Notes: generated by a model from the sequence alone, not told the origin. A stretch of 64,000 bases of DNA from a bacterium (GCA_035419245.1 DAOLSP010000018.1:130-64129), one strand, 5' to 3'; positions 1 to 9,637 are shown, numbered from the stretch's first letter. Made by a program: numbers and translations.

Positions 1-786
1 CGCTCTTCAATCATAAATTTACGTTCAAAGGGCTGACCGGCTTGAGCGATATTTTGCTGATGCTGGTATGCACCGCCCTGCCGATGCTTTTCGCTACCTC
101 GCTGACCCTGGTCATCTGGGACCTGCGCGATTTCGCCCGCCTCCACATTCATCGGCACTTTCTCCCTGCTGCTGCTGGCCGAGATCCTCATCGCCGGGCT
201 GATCTACCCGAATCTGCACCGGCACATCGCGGCATCGGCCATAATCTCCCGGCGGAGGTCGGCACGGCAGTCCATTCCCTTTGCGCTGACCGATCTGCTG
301 CTCTTCATCCTTTTCTTTGCCGCTGTGCATCAGCTCAAGTACGGCACGACCGCGATGGATTCACGCAGCTGGATGATGCTGGGCATCATGGCGGGGATGT
401 GGCTGCTCAGCGCCGAGTGGACCGGCAAATTTATCAAACACCAGCATCCCAATTTTTACTATCTCTTTGAGCCCTTTGTCAAGGCGGCCTTTATCATGAC
501 CGCTTCGACGGCGGTGCTGATCTGGGACTTTCAGCTCTTCGCCTACTCGCGCACCCTGCTCCTGGCGCCGGTCCTGCTGCTGCTGGCGGCCGAGGCGCCC
601 CTGGCGCTGATCTGGATGCGCATCCGTTCGGTCAAGGCGGAGGAGCGGGACGTGGAAGACGCGGCGGCCGTCAGCCTGCTGCTGGAGGAAAAGGAGCTAG
701 CGCTGGCGCCGGCGGGCGAATTGAAAGAGGCGGCGCGGCACCGGCTGGAAAACCACTTTCTAATGAAAAATCTGCTTGTTGGTTAA
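1..786 (+). CDS. 5'-truncated (window edge) polytopic membrane protein. Paralog of the N-terminal membrane domain of the downstream sugar transferase. The reading frame switches near nt ~143 (frame of ORF 42..470 to frame of ORF 325..786).
   Basis: Across two frames the translation reads LLMLVCTALPMLFATSLTLVIWDLRDFARL / TFIGTFSLLLLAEILIAGLIYPNL...SIPFALTDLLLFILFFAAVHQLKYGTT...MLGIMAGMWLLSAEWTGKFIKHQHPNFYYLFEPFVKAAF. This aligns colinearly with aa ~95-290 of the 888..2891 product (TLLMLLAVSLLLTIQDARDFNRL / YILGTFAGLLLGELFIVGLNYPRV ... SIPLIFLDLLLFILLFLFVYFFKYST ... FGIMTGMWVLSAKWTGKFEKRNHPSFYHACEPFVKAAF). Stop codon at 784-786. Confidence 0.5.
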
Positions 787-887
787 TTCAGAGAATTGAC
801 CAGGTTTTTTCGACTCAATGATGAATTCTCCGTAACGGCATCTATTCATCTCTTACGGAAGGTCAGGTATCACTCGGGGAGGGGGAA

Positions 888-2891
888 ATGCTGTTTTTCG
901 TACAGGTTTTACAGCCGGCAGTTGCGGCTGCCAGGCAAAACTGGAGGGTGATGAGTCCGCGCAAACTGGCATTTTTTGATGGGCTGCTGCTGAATGTGCT
1001 CTTTCTGGCCATCCACTTTTTCGTCACCGGCACTCTGCGCCTGCCAACTGTTTATTTTAAACTGCTACTGCTACTTAACAGCGCCTGGCTCTTTTTTTCC
1101 TTGCTGGAACACAAGTTTTCGCTGCGCCATATCCATTCATTTGCTGAACTGGCGTTCAAACTCGTTCAAATTACCCTGCTCATGCTGCTCGCCGTCTCGC
1201 TGCTGCTGACTATTCAGGACGCCCGCGATTTCAACCGGCTCTATATCCTCGGCACCTTCGCCGGCTTATTGCTTGGCGAGTTGTTCATCGTCGGCCTCAA
1301 TTATCCCCGGGTTTATGCGGGCATGCTGCAGGCGGCGGAGCAGGCGCCGGCGCGCATGCGCTACCCCTATTCCATCCCCCTGATCTTTCTCGACCTGCTG
1401 CTCTTTATCCTGCTCTTCCTGTTTGTCTATTTTTTCAAGTATTCTACCTTCGAGCTGGAGCTGCGGCACTGGCAGCTCTTTGGCATCATGACCGGCATGT
1501 GGGTGCTCAGTGCCAAATGGACCGGGAAATTCGAGAAACGCAATCACCCCAGCTTTTATCACGCCTGCGAGCCCTTTGTCAAGGCCGCCTTCATCCTGGC
1601 CGCCGCGGCGGCGCTGCTGCTATATTCCTTCCATATCTTTAATTACTCACGCACCATCCTTTTCGCTCCGGTGGCCTTGCTGCCGCTTTTGGAGGCCCCG
1701 GTGGTGCTGATCTGGCACCGCGTCCGCTCGGTGGAACAGCCGGCGGACGAGGAGGATATCGAGAGCGCCCAGGGCATCCAGCGCTTCCTCGAGGAGACGG
1801 CCCTGGAGGTCAGTGCAGCGGATTCCTTCAGCGAATCGGCGCGCAGCAAGCTGGGCGAGTATATCCTCGTCAGCCATCCGGCCCTGCATGCCCTGATCGA
1901 ACGGCGCTGCAAACTGGACACTATCGCGGTCGAAGGCCTGGAGGTGATGGATACCCGCACCTCCTTCAACGTCCATACCCTCGAAAACCAGTCGCTGCAG
2001 ATGTTCGTCAACCTCCACCGCGTCAACGATTTCCGACGGCTCAATTACTATTTCCTCGAGGTGCATCAAAAACTGGTCAAGGGCGGCTATTTTATCGGCC
2101 TCATGGACACGGTCGATGCCGCCATGCTGCGGCTGCAGAAGAAATATCCCAAATATATGGCCTATGCCCTCTACGGTCTCGATTTTTTCTGGCGGCGGAT
2201 GATGCCCAAGATCCCCGGCCTCAACAAGATCTATTTCTCCATCTCGCGCGGCCGGCGCCGCCTCTTCTCCAAGGCGGAACTGCTCGGCCGCCTCTATTTC
2301 TGCGGTTTCCGGGTGCTGGCCGCCGAGAATCATGAGGGCCAGCTCTATTATGTGGCGCAAAAGGACAAGAAACTGAAACATGCCCAGGATCCCTCCTACG
2401 GCATGCTGATCCGGCTGCCGCGTGTCGGCTTTCAGGGGCGGCCTATCCTGCTTTACAAACTGCGCACCATGCACCCCTATTCCGAATTCATCCAGGCCTA
2501 TGTTTACAACCATCACAAGCTCGACAACGGGGGCAAGCTCAAGGACGATTTCCGCGTCGCTGCCTGGGGCAGGCTGCTGCGCAAGCTCTGGCTCGACGAG
2601 CTGCCGCAATTGATCAACTGGATGCACGGGGACCTCAAGATCGTGGGTGCGCGCGCCCTCTCGCCGCACTATTTCAGCCTCTATCCCGAGGATCTGCAGG
2701 CGCTGCGCATCCAGTTCAAGCCGGGGCTCATCCCGCCTTACTATGCCGACCTGCCACAGAGCCTGGAGGAGATCCAGGAGTCCGAACGGCGCTATTTCGC
2801 GGCCAAGCTGGCCCATCCCTTCAAAACGGACTGGATCTATTTCTTCAAGGCGATGTATAATATTCTCGTCAAACGGGCGAGAAGCAAGTAA
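888..2891 (+). CDS. Polyprenyl-phosphate glycosyl-phosphotransferase-like (bacterial sugar transferase, WbaP/EpsL-type C-terminal domain). It has an unusual, internally duplicated N-terminal membrane domain and a middle domain of unknown function.
   Basis: C-terminal motifs are typical of the Bac_transf family: LYKLRTMHPYSE (KFRTM-like), DELPQLINWMHGDLKIVG, KPGLIPPYYAD, but the canonical VGPRPE is replaced by IVGARALSPHY. A Shine-Dalgarno GGGAGGGGGAAATG lies upstream. 667 aa with several predicted TM helices. Confidence 0.7.
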   Translation: MLFFVQVLQPAVAAARQNWRVMSPRKLAFFDGLLLNVLFLAIHFFVTGTLRLPTVYFKLLLLLNSAWLFFSLLEHKFSLRHIHSFAELAFKLVQITLLMLLAVSLLLTIQDARDFNRLYILGTFAGLLLGELFIVGLNYPRVYAGMLQAAEQAPARMRYPYSIPLIFLDLLLFILLFLFVYFFKYSTFELELRHWQLFGIMTGMWVLSAKWTGKFEKRNHPSFYHACEPFVKAAFILAAAAALLLYSFHIFNYSRTILFAPVALLPLLEAPVVLIWHRVRSVEQPADEEDIESAQGIQRFLEETALEVSAADSFSESARSKLGEYILVSHPALHALIERRCKLDTIAVEGLEVMDTRTSFNVHTLENQSLQMFVNLHRVNDFRRLNYYFLEVHQKLVKGGYFIGLMDTVDAAMLRLQKKYPKYMAYALYGLDFFWRRMMPKIPGLNKIYFSISRGRRRLFSKAELLGRLYFCGFRVLAAENHEGQLYYVAQKDKKLKHAQDPSYGMLIRLPRVGFQGRPILLYKLRTMHPYSEFIQAYVYNHHKLDNGGKLKDDFRVAAWGRLLRKLWLDELPQLINWMHGDLKIVGARALSPHYFSLYPEDLQALRIQFKPGLIPPYYADLPQSLEEIQESERRYFAAKLAHPFKTDWIYFFKAMYNILVKRARSK

Positions 2892-2999
2892 GGCCGTTCC
2901 TACCCTGGAGAAGCAGGGTGGGAACGAGAGAATGGGCGGGTGGGAACCAGCGTAACCAGAGTAATCTGCGGGTACGAACCGGAGTATAACCAGGCATCC

Positions 3000-4502
3000 A
3001 TGAACAGGCATCTGCTGCTCGCACTTTTGACACTCCTTCCCCTTTACGCCCGGGCCCAGGATCAGGCTTCTACTTATTTCGATACGCCGGCTTTGACGCC
3101 TTTCCTCGGCTATGCCGTGCAGTCGGGCCGGATGCAGCTCCCCTTCGTCCTCAACCAGCCCTGGACCACCCTCGAGGTCCTCCAGGCGGCGCTCGGCAGC
3201 GCCCGCAAGGGCATGCCCCCCTGGCAGCAGCATTGGCTGCGGCTGCTGATCAAAGAGATCGCTTTGTACCATCGCGTGGAGAAGAACGAAACCGACGGCT
3301 TGGGCTATCTCGGCGCTCAGGGCTGGTACCGAGGCTTCAGCGATGATGCGGATCAATGGACCGAGGCGCGCGGCGAACTAGAGGGCAAATTCACCACCCC
3401 GTGGTTCGTCCTGGCGCAAAAGACCGTCCTCGACCAGCATTTCAAATTCGATCCCGCCTTCAGCGGCGACACCGGCGAGTGGATCTACGGCCGGGCCGAA
3501 ACCGGCTATCTCCTGGCGCAGTACAAGGGCGCGGCTTTTTTTCTCGGCCGCCTCAGCCGCAACTGGGGGCCGCCCGGCGAGAAGGGGCTGATCCTCTCCG
3601 ATAACCCCTACAGCTATGATACGGCCGGTTTCCAGCTCGGCAGCCGGCGCTTCCGCTTCTCCTTTTATACCAGCCGGCTCAACGATATGCACGGCATCGA
3701 TACCCAGTCGGCTGACTCCACCTGGAAGGAGTATACCCGCTTTTGGTCGATCAAGCGCTTCGACCTGGCGCTGCGTCCCAATCTGCAGATCGGCCTCGCC
3801 GAGGCGGCGGTCTATGGCGCGGTTAACGGCACCTGGCAGATGATCTATCTCAACCCCTTCAACCTCTACTACGTCGAGCAGCGCAACAACCGGGTACAAA
3901 TGAACGGCCTCTGGTGCGCCGACCTCTTCTGGAAGCCCGCTCCCCGGTTCACCCTGTACGGGCAGTATCTCATCGACGATATCATCGTCAATAACGAGCC
4001 GGGCCAGAACGACCGCGCCCGCCACCCCGACCGCATGGGGGTGACCGCGCGTGTGGTGGTCAGCGATCTGCCGGCCGCGGGGGCGCAACTCGGATTCACC
4101 TATACCCGCATAGGCAACTGGACCTACATGTCCTACCGCAATTATGAAAATTATCTTTCCAACGGCCTGAGCATGGGCTATCCGGCCAACCGCATCGAGC
4201 AGGCGGGGATCGATCTCTCCTGGTTCGGCTGGAAGGCCTGGGCAGTGCAGTTGCGGGCCGGTTATGCCCGCCAAGGGAGCCAGGATCTGACGGCCCCCTT
4301 CGGCGACACGCGCGAGTCCTTTCCGCTCGGTGTGGTTTCTTACTGGACCCGCGGCGAACTCTCGGTCAGCTATGTGCCCGCAATCTGGTGGGATGCGCGG
4401 CTCTTCGCCGCAATCGATCACCGCGATGCGCCGGCGGCCGTGGATCATTTCCGCATCGGCGCGGTATTGCATGTAAAGTATAGTGTGGCGGGGCGATTTT
4501 AG
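3000..4502 (+). CDS. Secreted outer-membrane beta-barrel-like protein in the polysaccharide locus (possibly a Wzi-like capsule assembly protein).
   Basis: Signal peptide MNRHLLLALLTLLPLYARAQ. The protein is aromatic/Gly-rich with an alternating pattern and ends in ...HVKYSVAGRF, the terminal-Phe OMP signature. The ORF track starts it at 2940; the internal Met at 3000 precedes the signal peptide. Confidence 0.5.
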   Translation: MNRHLLLALLTLLPLYARAQDQASTYFDTPALTPFLGYAVQSGRMQLPFVLNQPWTTLEVLQAALGSARKGMPPWQQHWLRLLIKEIALYHRVEKNETDGLGYLGAQGWYRGFSDDADQWTEARGELEGKFTTPWFVLAQKTVLDQHFKFDPAFSGDTGEWIYGRAETGYLLAQYKGAAFFLGRLSRNWGPPGEKGLILSDNPYSYDTAGFQLGSRRFRFSFYTSRLNDMHGIDTQSADSTWKEYTRFWSIKRFDLALRPNLQIGLAEAAVYGAVNGTWQMIYLNPFNLYYVEQRNNRVQMNGLWCADLFWKPAPRFTLYGQYLIDDIIVNNEPGQNDRARHPDRMGVTARVVVSDLPAAGAQLGFTYTRIGNWTYMSYRNYENYLSNGLSMGYPANRIEQAGIDLSWFGWKAWAVQLRAGYARQGSQDLTAPFGDTRESFPLGVVSYWTRGELSVSYVPAIWWDARLFAAIDHRDAPAAVDHFRIGAVLHVKYSVAGRF

Positions 4503-4850
4503 GCGGTTACAGGGATTCGCTGCGGGCATTATGACGTCAGTTCGTTACATATGTAAAAAATGTGTTGCATTTATGACTTTTATAGATTATTTTAGTTTAC
4601 CACAAATCCATTCGGGTGGGGCTACATGGGTGTTTTTTTCATCGGGGCACTGGGGCTCTGTGGCGGACATTCTACCCTCAACCAAGCATCCTCTGTCTAT
4701 GCATCTTTTGCCTGCATAATCCATTGCTCAACTTCAGCTGATACCGGTTTCCATCCCTTACTCTCGAGCAATCTCCCACCCATACGGAGCATTACATTAT
4801 TGTGCCACCACACCCGTCATCCATAACCTCGGTTCCAGCAAGGGGAAATC
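4503..4850 (+). promoter_or_regulatory. AT-rich intergenic/promoter region of the wzc-HprK-rSAM operon. It contains perfect palindromes TGACGTCA (4532-4539) and TTACATATGTAA (4545-4556), plus a candidate TTGCAT-N17-TATTTT promoter.
   Basis: A 350-bp non-coding gap with locally low GC in a ~62% GC genome. Palindromes were read directly from the sequence. Confidence 0.4.
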
Positions 4851-7115
4851 ATGCCTCCTGAAGATGCTGCCACGGCAAAAGAATGGGAACTGCGCGACTA
4901 TCTCGATCTTGCCCTCCGGCGCAAAACGGTGATTCTTATAGCCTTCATCCTGACCTTTCTGATCACGGCGGCCTATCAGCTTACGCGGACGCCGGTCTAC
5001 AGCGCCTTCACCTCATTTATCATCGACGAGTCCGCCAGCAGCTCCGGCGTCGGCTCGGAGCGCTATAATCCCTATGCCTACTGGATGGAACGGGGCAAAC
5101 CGATCGAATACTACCAGGCGATCATGGGGAGCCAGGTCTATCAGGTCAAAATCAGGGAGCGGGCCGGCCGCGATGCCGATCTCCTTGGCACGCCCGGCGT
5201 CACCCGTGAGCAGATCGACCGCGCTATCGCCAGCATCAGCCTGGGGATGGATGAAGAATCCAAGTTGATGACCATCTCCGTGCAGGCGTTCCATCCGCTC
5301 GTGGCCTTTAAAGTGGCGCAGATCGCCACCGATGTCTTCCGCGAGCGCAACCAGGAGATCGATGTCGAAAGCGCCCAGGACGTAGTGCGCTTCATCGACA
5401 AACAGCGCCAGGAGGCCCAGGACCGCCTCGAGGAAGCGGAGCGCGCCCTGCAGCAGTACAGCGGCGCCGGCCAGGTGGTCTTTATCGGCGACGACGGCGG
5501 CATGATGAGCAAGGTCGCCCAGGTGGAGTCCATCCTGGAACAGGCCGAAACCGAGCGCCGCCTGGCGGAGAGCAATTACGCTTCCTACACCATGCAGCTG
5601 GAGGCTGCGGGAAAACAAGGCAGCCTGCAGTCGGCCGAATCGTTCCCCGAGGTGGCCGACCTGCGGAAACGCCTCGATCAGCTCGAGGACCAGCGCAATG
5701 CCCTGGCGGTCGCGCCTCAGGCGGACAGCCTTGCCGCGGCGGAACTGGACCGCAAGATCGATAGCGTCAAGGCCGAGCTGCGCCGCGCTATCCTCGCCCA
5801 TTCGACCGAGGCGATGCCGACCGAAGACCGGAAGACCGATGAGATGCGCTCGATGCTGACGCAGAAAGTGGTTGCCGAGCAGATCAACCTCAGCTCGACC
5901 CGCAACCGCGAGCGCTTTTATAACAACCTGCTCGAGGAGTACCGCCGCCAGAGTCCGGAGCGGCTCGAAAAGACGATGGAGCTGGCGCGGCTGCGCCGCA
6001 CCCAGGCGGTCCACCAGAATCTTCTGAATTATCTCGTCGAGCGTCATGAAGAGGCCAAGATCAAGGCGGCGACCGGCGCCGGCGGCCTCCGTATTGTCAA
6101 TCCGGCGGCCCTGCCCGAGCGGCCGAACTCTCGCAATCTGCCGCGCACCCTGCTGATCGGAGCGATGCTGGGCCTGGGGCTGGGATTCGGTCTCGCCATG
6201 CTGCAGGAGTATCTCGACCAGACCGTGCGCACGCGGCAGGATCTCGAGCGGCTCACGGGGGTGCAGGTTGTCGGCCAGATCCCGCTGGCCATCAAACTGA
6301 ACGGCAACAACGGCCACACGCCCCGCACCGGCAGGGTCCGAGCCATGCTCGAAAAGCAGAGCAAAAAGCGGATGGATGGCCAGGGGGAAACGCCCTATTA
6401 TCCCCTGATCAACAAATATGATCCGCATGCACCCTTTGCCGAGGCTTTCCGCAGCCTGCGCACGGATCTGCAATTCTTCAGCATCGACAAGCCGCTCAAC
6501 AAGCTGCTGGTCACCAGCTCGATCCCCGGCGAGGGCAAGACCCTGGTGACCGCCAATCTGGCCATCTCCCATGCGGAGCTGGGCCACAAGGTGGTGATCC
6601 TGGATGCTGATATCCGCAAGCCCAAGCAGCCCACGGTCTTCGGCGTCGATCGCAAGCCGGGTTTCACCGATTATTTTATGGATCTGGTGCCTTACGAGAG
6701 CATTGTCCGCCATCTGCCGGTGCGCGGCCTCGATCTGATCCCCTCGGGCACCGTCCCGCCCAATGTCGGTGAGGTGCTCAACAGCCAAAAGATGGCCGAT
6801 CTGGTCGAACGGCTGGAGGCGGAATACGATTTTGTCCTGGTCGATGCGCCGCCGGTGCTCAGCATCAGTGATGCCAAGGCGCTCTCGCGTATCGTCGAGA
6901 ACCTGCTCCTTGTTTTCCGTTTCGCCAAAACCGAAAAGCATTATGTGCGCGAGGTGGTGGCCAATCTGCGAAACATCAAAGCCACGATTATCGGCTTTGT
7001 CTTCAACGGCATCGAGCTGGGCAGTGGCAAGGGGTATTACAAATACTACTATTACTCCGAGTACCGGGAAAAACTCGACACGCCGCGGGTTGTAGAATCG
7101 GCGCAGGTGAACTGA
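4851..7115 (+). CDS. Polysaccharide co-polymerase / BY-type tyrosine autokinase (Wzc/GumC/EpsG-like chain-length determinant with C-terminal kinase domain).
   Basis: The architecture is an N-terminal TM, a long coiled-coil periplasmic region, a second TM (LLIGAMLGLGLGFGLAML), then a cytoplasmic P-loop domain. Motifs are Walker A SSIPGEGKTLVTANLA, A' VVILDADIRKP, B FVLVDAPP and a C-terminal tyrosine cluster YYKYYYYSEY. Confidence 0.85.
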   Translation: MPPEDAATAKEWELRDYLDLALRRKTVILIAFILTFLITAAYQLTRTPVYSAFTSFIIDESASSSGVGSERYNPYAYWMERGKPIEYYQAIMGSQVYQVKIRERAGRDADLLGTPGVTREQIDRAIASISLGMDEESKLMTISVQAFHPLVAFKVAQIATDVFRERNQEIDVESAQDVVRFIDKQRQEAQDRLEEAERALQQYSGAGQVVFIGDDGGMMSKVAQVESILEQAETERRLAESNYASYTMQLEAAGKQGSLQSAESFPEVADLRKRLDQLEDQRNALAVAPQADSLAAAELDRKIDSVKAELRRAILAHSTEAMPTEDRKTDEMRSMLTQKVVAEQINLSSTRNRERFYNNLLEEYRRQSPERLEKTMELARLRRTQAVHQNLLNYLVERHEEAKIKAATGAGGLRIVNPAALPERPNSRNLPRTLLIGAMLGLGLGFGLAMLQEYLDQTVRTRQDLERLTGVQVVGQIPLAIKLNGNNGHTPRTGRVRAMLEKQSKKRMDGQGETPYYPLINKYDPHAPFAEAFRSLRTDLQFFSIDKPLNKLLVTSSIPGEGKTLVTANLAISHAELGHKVVILDADIRKPKQPTVFGVDRKPGFTDYFMDLVPYESIVRHLPVRGLDLIPSGTVPPNVGEVLNSQKMADLVERLEAEYDFVLVDAPPVLSISDAKALSRIVENLLLVFRFAKTEKHYVREVVANLRNIKATIIGFVFNGIELGSGKGYYKYYYYSEYREKLDTPRVVESAQVN

Positions 7116-8041
7116 TGGTGGAGCACTGCCGCTGGTATTCTATCGGAGATATTACGCTGCAGGTCGAGAGCGATCTGCCTTTTTCTTCCAATACTTTCAG
7201 TGATAAACTCGAGCTCTTTCGCATAGCTTCACCCGGTCCGGACGTGGTGACCGTGCGCCACCATTTCGGTCTGCCGGATATGGCCGGTTGGGATCTCAGC
7301 CGGGAGAAATACCGCCGCGAGCCCTGGGCGATCTACCAGACGGATAAGGGATGGATTTACCTGGGGATTCTGCCGCAGGGATTCGGAGAAAAGCTGTGGA
7401 AGGTGGTGGTATTTAGTCCGGAGCACTCGCAGGCCGATATCTATCATCCGGATGAGTTGGCGTTTGTCCAGGGCGGCGCAACTTCGTTGACCCTGTTTCC
7501 TTCGGATCAGATTTTGGTGGCGCGGCTGCTGGCTGACCGTTCCGGATGTTACCTGCATTCAGCCGGGGCAATTCTGGACGGCCATGGAATGCTCTTTGTC
7601 GGCCACTCCGAGGCGGGCAAATCGACGACCACGCAAATGCTGATCGATGCCGGGGCGCGCGGAGATCTGGCGGCGGAGATCCTCTGCGATGACCGCAACA
7701 TCGTACGGCGGTTTGATGACGGCTGGCGGGCTTATGGTTCCTGGAGTCATGGTGATATTCCTGTGGTCTCCGCCGCCTTGGCGCCGCTGCGGGCAATCTG
7801 TTTTATTGAAAAGTCGGCCAAGAACAGTTTGACGCCGTTGACCGACCGGCAGGAGATCATCCGGCGATTACTCGCCTGCGTGATCAAGCCGTTCGTCACC
7901 GCGGAGTGGTGGGAGAAAACCATCGATGTGGTGGCGCAGCTGGCAGCGGAAGCCAGGTTTTTTCTCATGCGTTTTGACAAGAGCGGTAAAATCGTCAGTG
8001 ATCTGGTCAGGATAGCTCGTTCATCAGAGCAGAACGGCTGA
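7115..8041 (+). CDS. HPr-kinase/phosphorylase-related P-loop protein (HprK-like kinase, copy 1), of the kind found in peptide-maturation neighbourhoods.
   Basis: P-loop FVGHSEAGKSTTTQMLIDAGA followed by ILCDDRNIVRR, matching HprK C-domain GxSGxGKS and the DD motif. Its ATG overlaps the Wzc stop (TGATG at 7113-7117). Paralog of 24493..25389. Confidence 0.7.
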   Translation: MVEHCRWYSIGDITLQVESDLPFSSNTFSDKLELFRIASPGPDVVTVRHHFGLPDMAGWDLSREKYRREPWAIYQTDKGWIYLGILPQGFGEKLWKVVVFSPEHSQADIYHPDELAFVQGGATSLTLFPSDQILVARLLADRSGCYLHSAGAILDGHGMLFVGHSEAGKSTTTQMLIDAGARGDLAAEILCDDRNIVRRFDDGWRAYGSWSHGDIPVVSAALAPLRAICFIEKSAKNSLTPLTDRQEIIRRLLACVIKPFVTAEWWEKTIDVVAQLAAEARFFLMRFDKSGKIVSDLVRIARSSEQNG

Positions 8042-8097
8042 ATTTTCCAGAAACGAAAGTTGGATCAGACCAGATTCGGGAGGGAATTTCTTAAATC

Positions 8098-9453
8098 ATG
8101 TCGTATGTTCGACGATTGTACCCTCATGAATTCCATGCCTGTCACAAGGAGCCGCTGCTCGAGCATCTTGATCTCGAGTTGACTGAACGCTGCAACAACG
8201 CCTGCATCCACTGCTGTATCAATCAGCCCGAGCACGACGCAGAATTGGCGGCCCGGGAGATGGATACGGCGTTTGTCAAGTATCTGTTGAGGCAGGCAGC
8301 TGATTTAGGTGCGATTTCTGTTCGCTTTACCGGCGGAGAGCCTTTATTGCGCAGTGATTTCACCGAGCTCTATCTCTTCGCCAGACGTTTGGGGATGCAG
8401 GTGACGCTCTTTACCAACGGCCGGCTTATCACTCCGGAACTGGCGCAGCTGCTGGCGATCATTCCGCCCGGCAAGCCGGTGGAGGTGACGGTCTATGGCA
8501 TGCACCCGGAATCCTACGACGCCGTGGCTGCCTGTCGAGGCGCTTTCGCGGAATTTTGGCGCGGCATCGGCCTGTTGCAAGAGTATGGCATTCGTTTCAC
8601 GGTCAAACAGAGTCTGCTGCCGCCCAACCGGGGCGAGAGAGCGGAATTCGAAACCTGGGCCGCGACGCTGCCGGAAATGAAACAGCTGTCCGGATACAGC
8701 ATGAATTTCGAGCTGCGCGGCCGCCGCGATCATCCGGCCAAAAACCGGCTCATCGAATCGTTCCGTCTCACGCCGGAGGAGACGGTGGCCCTGCTGGCGG
8801 AGCGTCCGGGATATATCGATGAGATGCGCCAGTTCTGCAGCAAATTCATGGCTCCCCCAGGAGAACTGGTTTTTCAGTGCGGTGCAGGCAAGGGCGTCAT
8901 GGTGGATGCTTATGGCAAAGCCCAGATGTGTATGGGGCTGCGCCACCCGGATTATGTCTACGATTTGTACCAAACCGCTCAAGCGGAGGCTGCTGGCATA
9001 TCACCACTGAAATTTGCATTGACACATGTTTTTCCTGAATGGCGCGAAATGAAGGCAGCCCACCCGGAGTATCTGAGCCGTTGCGCCCGTTGTTTTCTCA
9101 AGGGGCTGTGCGAACAGTGTCCCGCGCGTTCATGGCAGGAGCATGGTACGCTGGATACGCCGGTTGAGTATCTTTGCAATGTCGCTCATGCACAGGCTCG
9201 GCACCTGGGCCTCCTTGCAGCTGGCGAAAAAGCCTGGGAAGTAAAAAACTGGCGCGAGCGCATCGCCCGGTTCAGCAGCAGAGAAGCAGGTAAAGTTTTC
9301 AAAATGGAACTTAATGAAAAAAGGATAAATGATGGAAACCGCTCTCAATTTGAACAGCATCTGTACGCCGTCGGAAGATATCGTGGCGCGGGAGATCGAA
9401 GGCGAGTTGATCATCATCCCTCTTGCCGCCGGAATCGGCGATATGGAGGATGA
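8098..9453 (+). CDS. Radical SAM / SPASM-domain peptide-modifying enzyme (copy 1).
   Basis: rSAM motif LTERCNNACIHCC (CxxxCxxC), GGEPLL, and C-terminal SPASM cysteines (FQCGAGKGVMVDAYGKAQMC ... CARCFLKGLCEQCPARSW ... YLCNVAHAQA). An RBS GGGAGGGAA lies upstream. The last ~42 aa are an Arg-rich tail that overlaps the PqqD gene; see the A6-run finding. Confidence 0.9.
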   Translation: MSYVRRLYPHEFHACHKEPLLEHLDLELTERCNNACIHCCINQPEHDAELAAREMDTAFVKYLLRQAADLGAISVRFTGGEPLLRSDFTELYLFARRLGMQVTLFTNGRLITPELAQLLAIIPPGKPVEVTVYGMHPESYDAVAACRGAFAEFWRGIGLLQEYGIRFTVKQSLLPPNRGERAEFETWAATLPEMKQLSGYSMNFELRGRRDHPAKNRLIESFRLTPEETVALLAERPGYIDEMRQFCSKFMAPPGELVFQCGAGKGVMVDAYGKAQMCMGLRHPDYVYDLYQTAQAEAAGISPLKFALTHVFPEWREMKAAHPEYLSRCARCFLKGLCEQCPARSWQEHGTLDTPVEYLCNVAHAQARHLGLLAAGEKAWEVKNWRERIARFSSREAGKVFKMELNEKRINDGNRSQFEQHLYAVGRYRGAGDRRRVDHHPSCRRNRRYGG

Positions 9454-9637
9454 GCTATATACCCTGAACGAAACCGGCAAGGTGATCTGGGGCCGCATGG
9501 ATGGGAGTGCAACGCTCGGGCAGATCGCAGCAGCATTGGCCGATGAGTACAATGCGCCCTTGAATGAGATCGAGCAGGACGTGTTGGGATTGGTCAACGA
9601 AATGGTTCGACGGAAAATTATCCATGCAAAATCATAA
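9329..9637 (+). CDS. PqqD-family peptide chaperone (RiPP recognition element, RRE).
   Basis: 102 aa: EIEGELIIIP...LNETGKVIWGRMDGSATLGQIAAALADEYNAPLNEIEQDVLGLVNEMVRRKII, which matches the PqqD consensus LN.TA..IW.L.DG.RT..EI...L...Y......IE.DV..FL..L. Confidence 0.85.
   Translation: MMETALNLNSICTPSEDIVAREIEGELIIIPLAAGIGDMEDELYTLNETGKVIWGRMDGSATLGQIAAALADEYNAPLNEIEQDVLGLVNEMVRRKIIHAKS

Noticed and set aside
1647-3356. 569-aa minus-strand ORF antisense to the sugar transferase gene.
   Set aside because: It is a typical long antisense ORF in high-GC DNA, with low-complexity Ala/Arg/Gly-rich translation and no motifs. The plus-strand gene has clear family motifs.
5013-6941. 642-aa minus-strand ORF antisense to wzc.
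   Set aside because: Same as above: a GC-driven open frame. The plus strand encodes an unmistakable BY-kinase.
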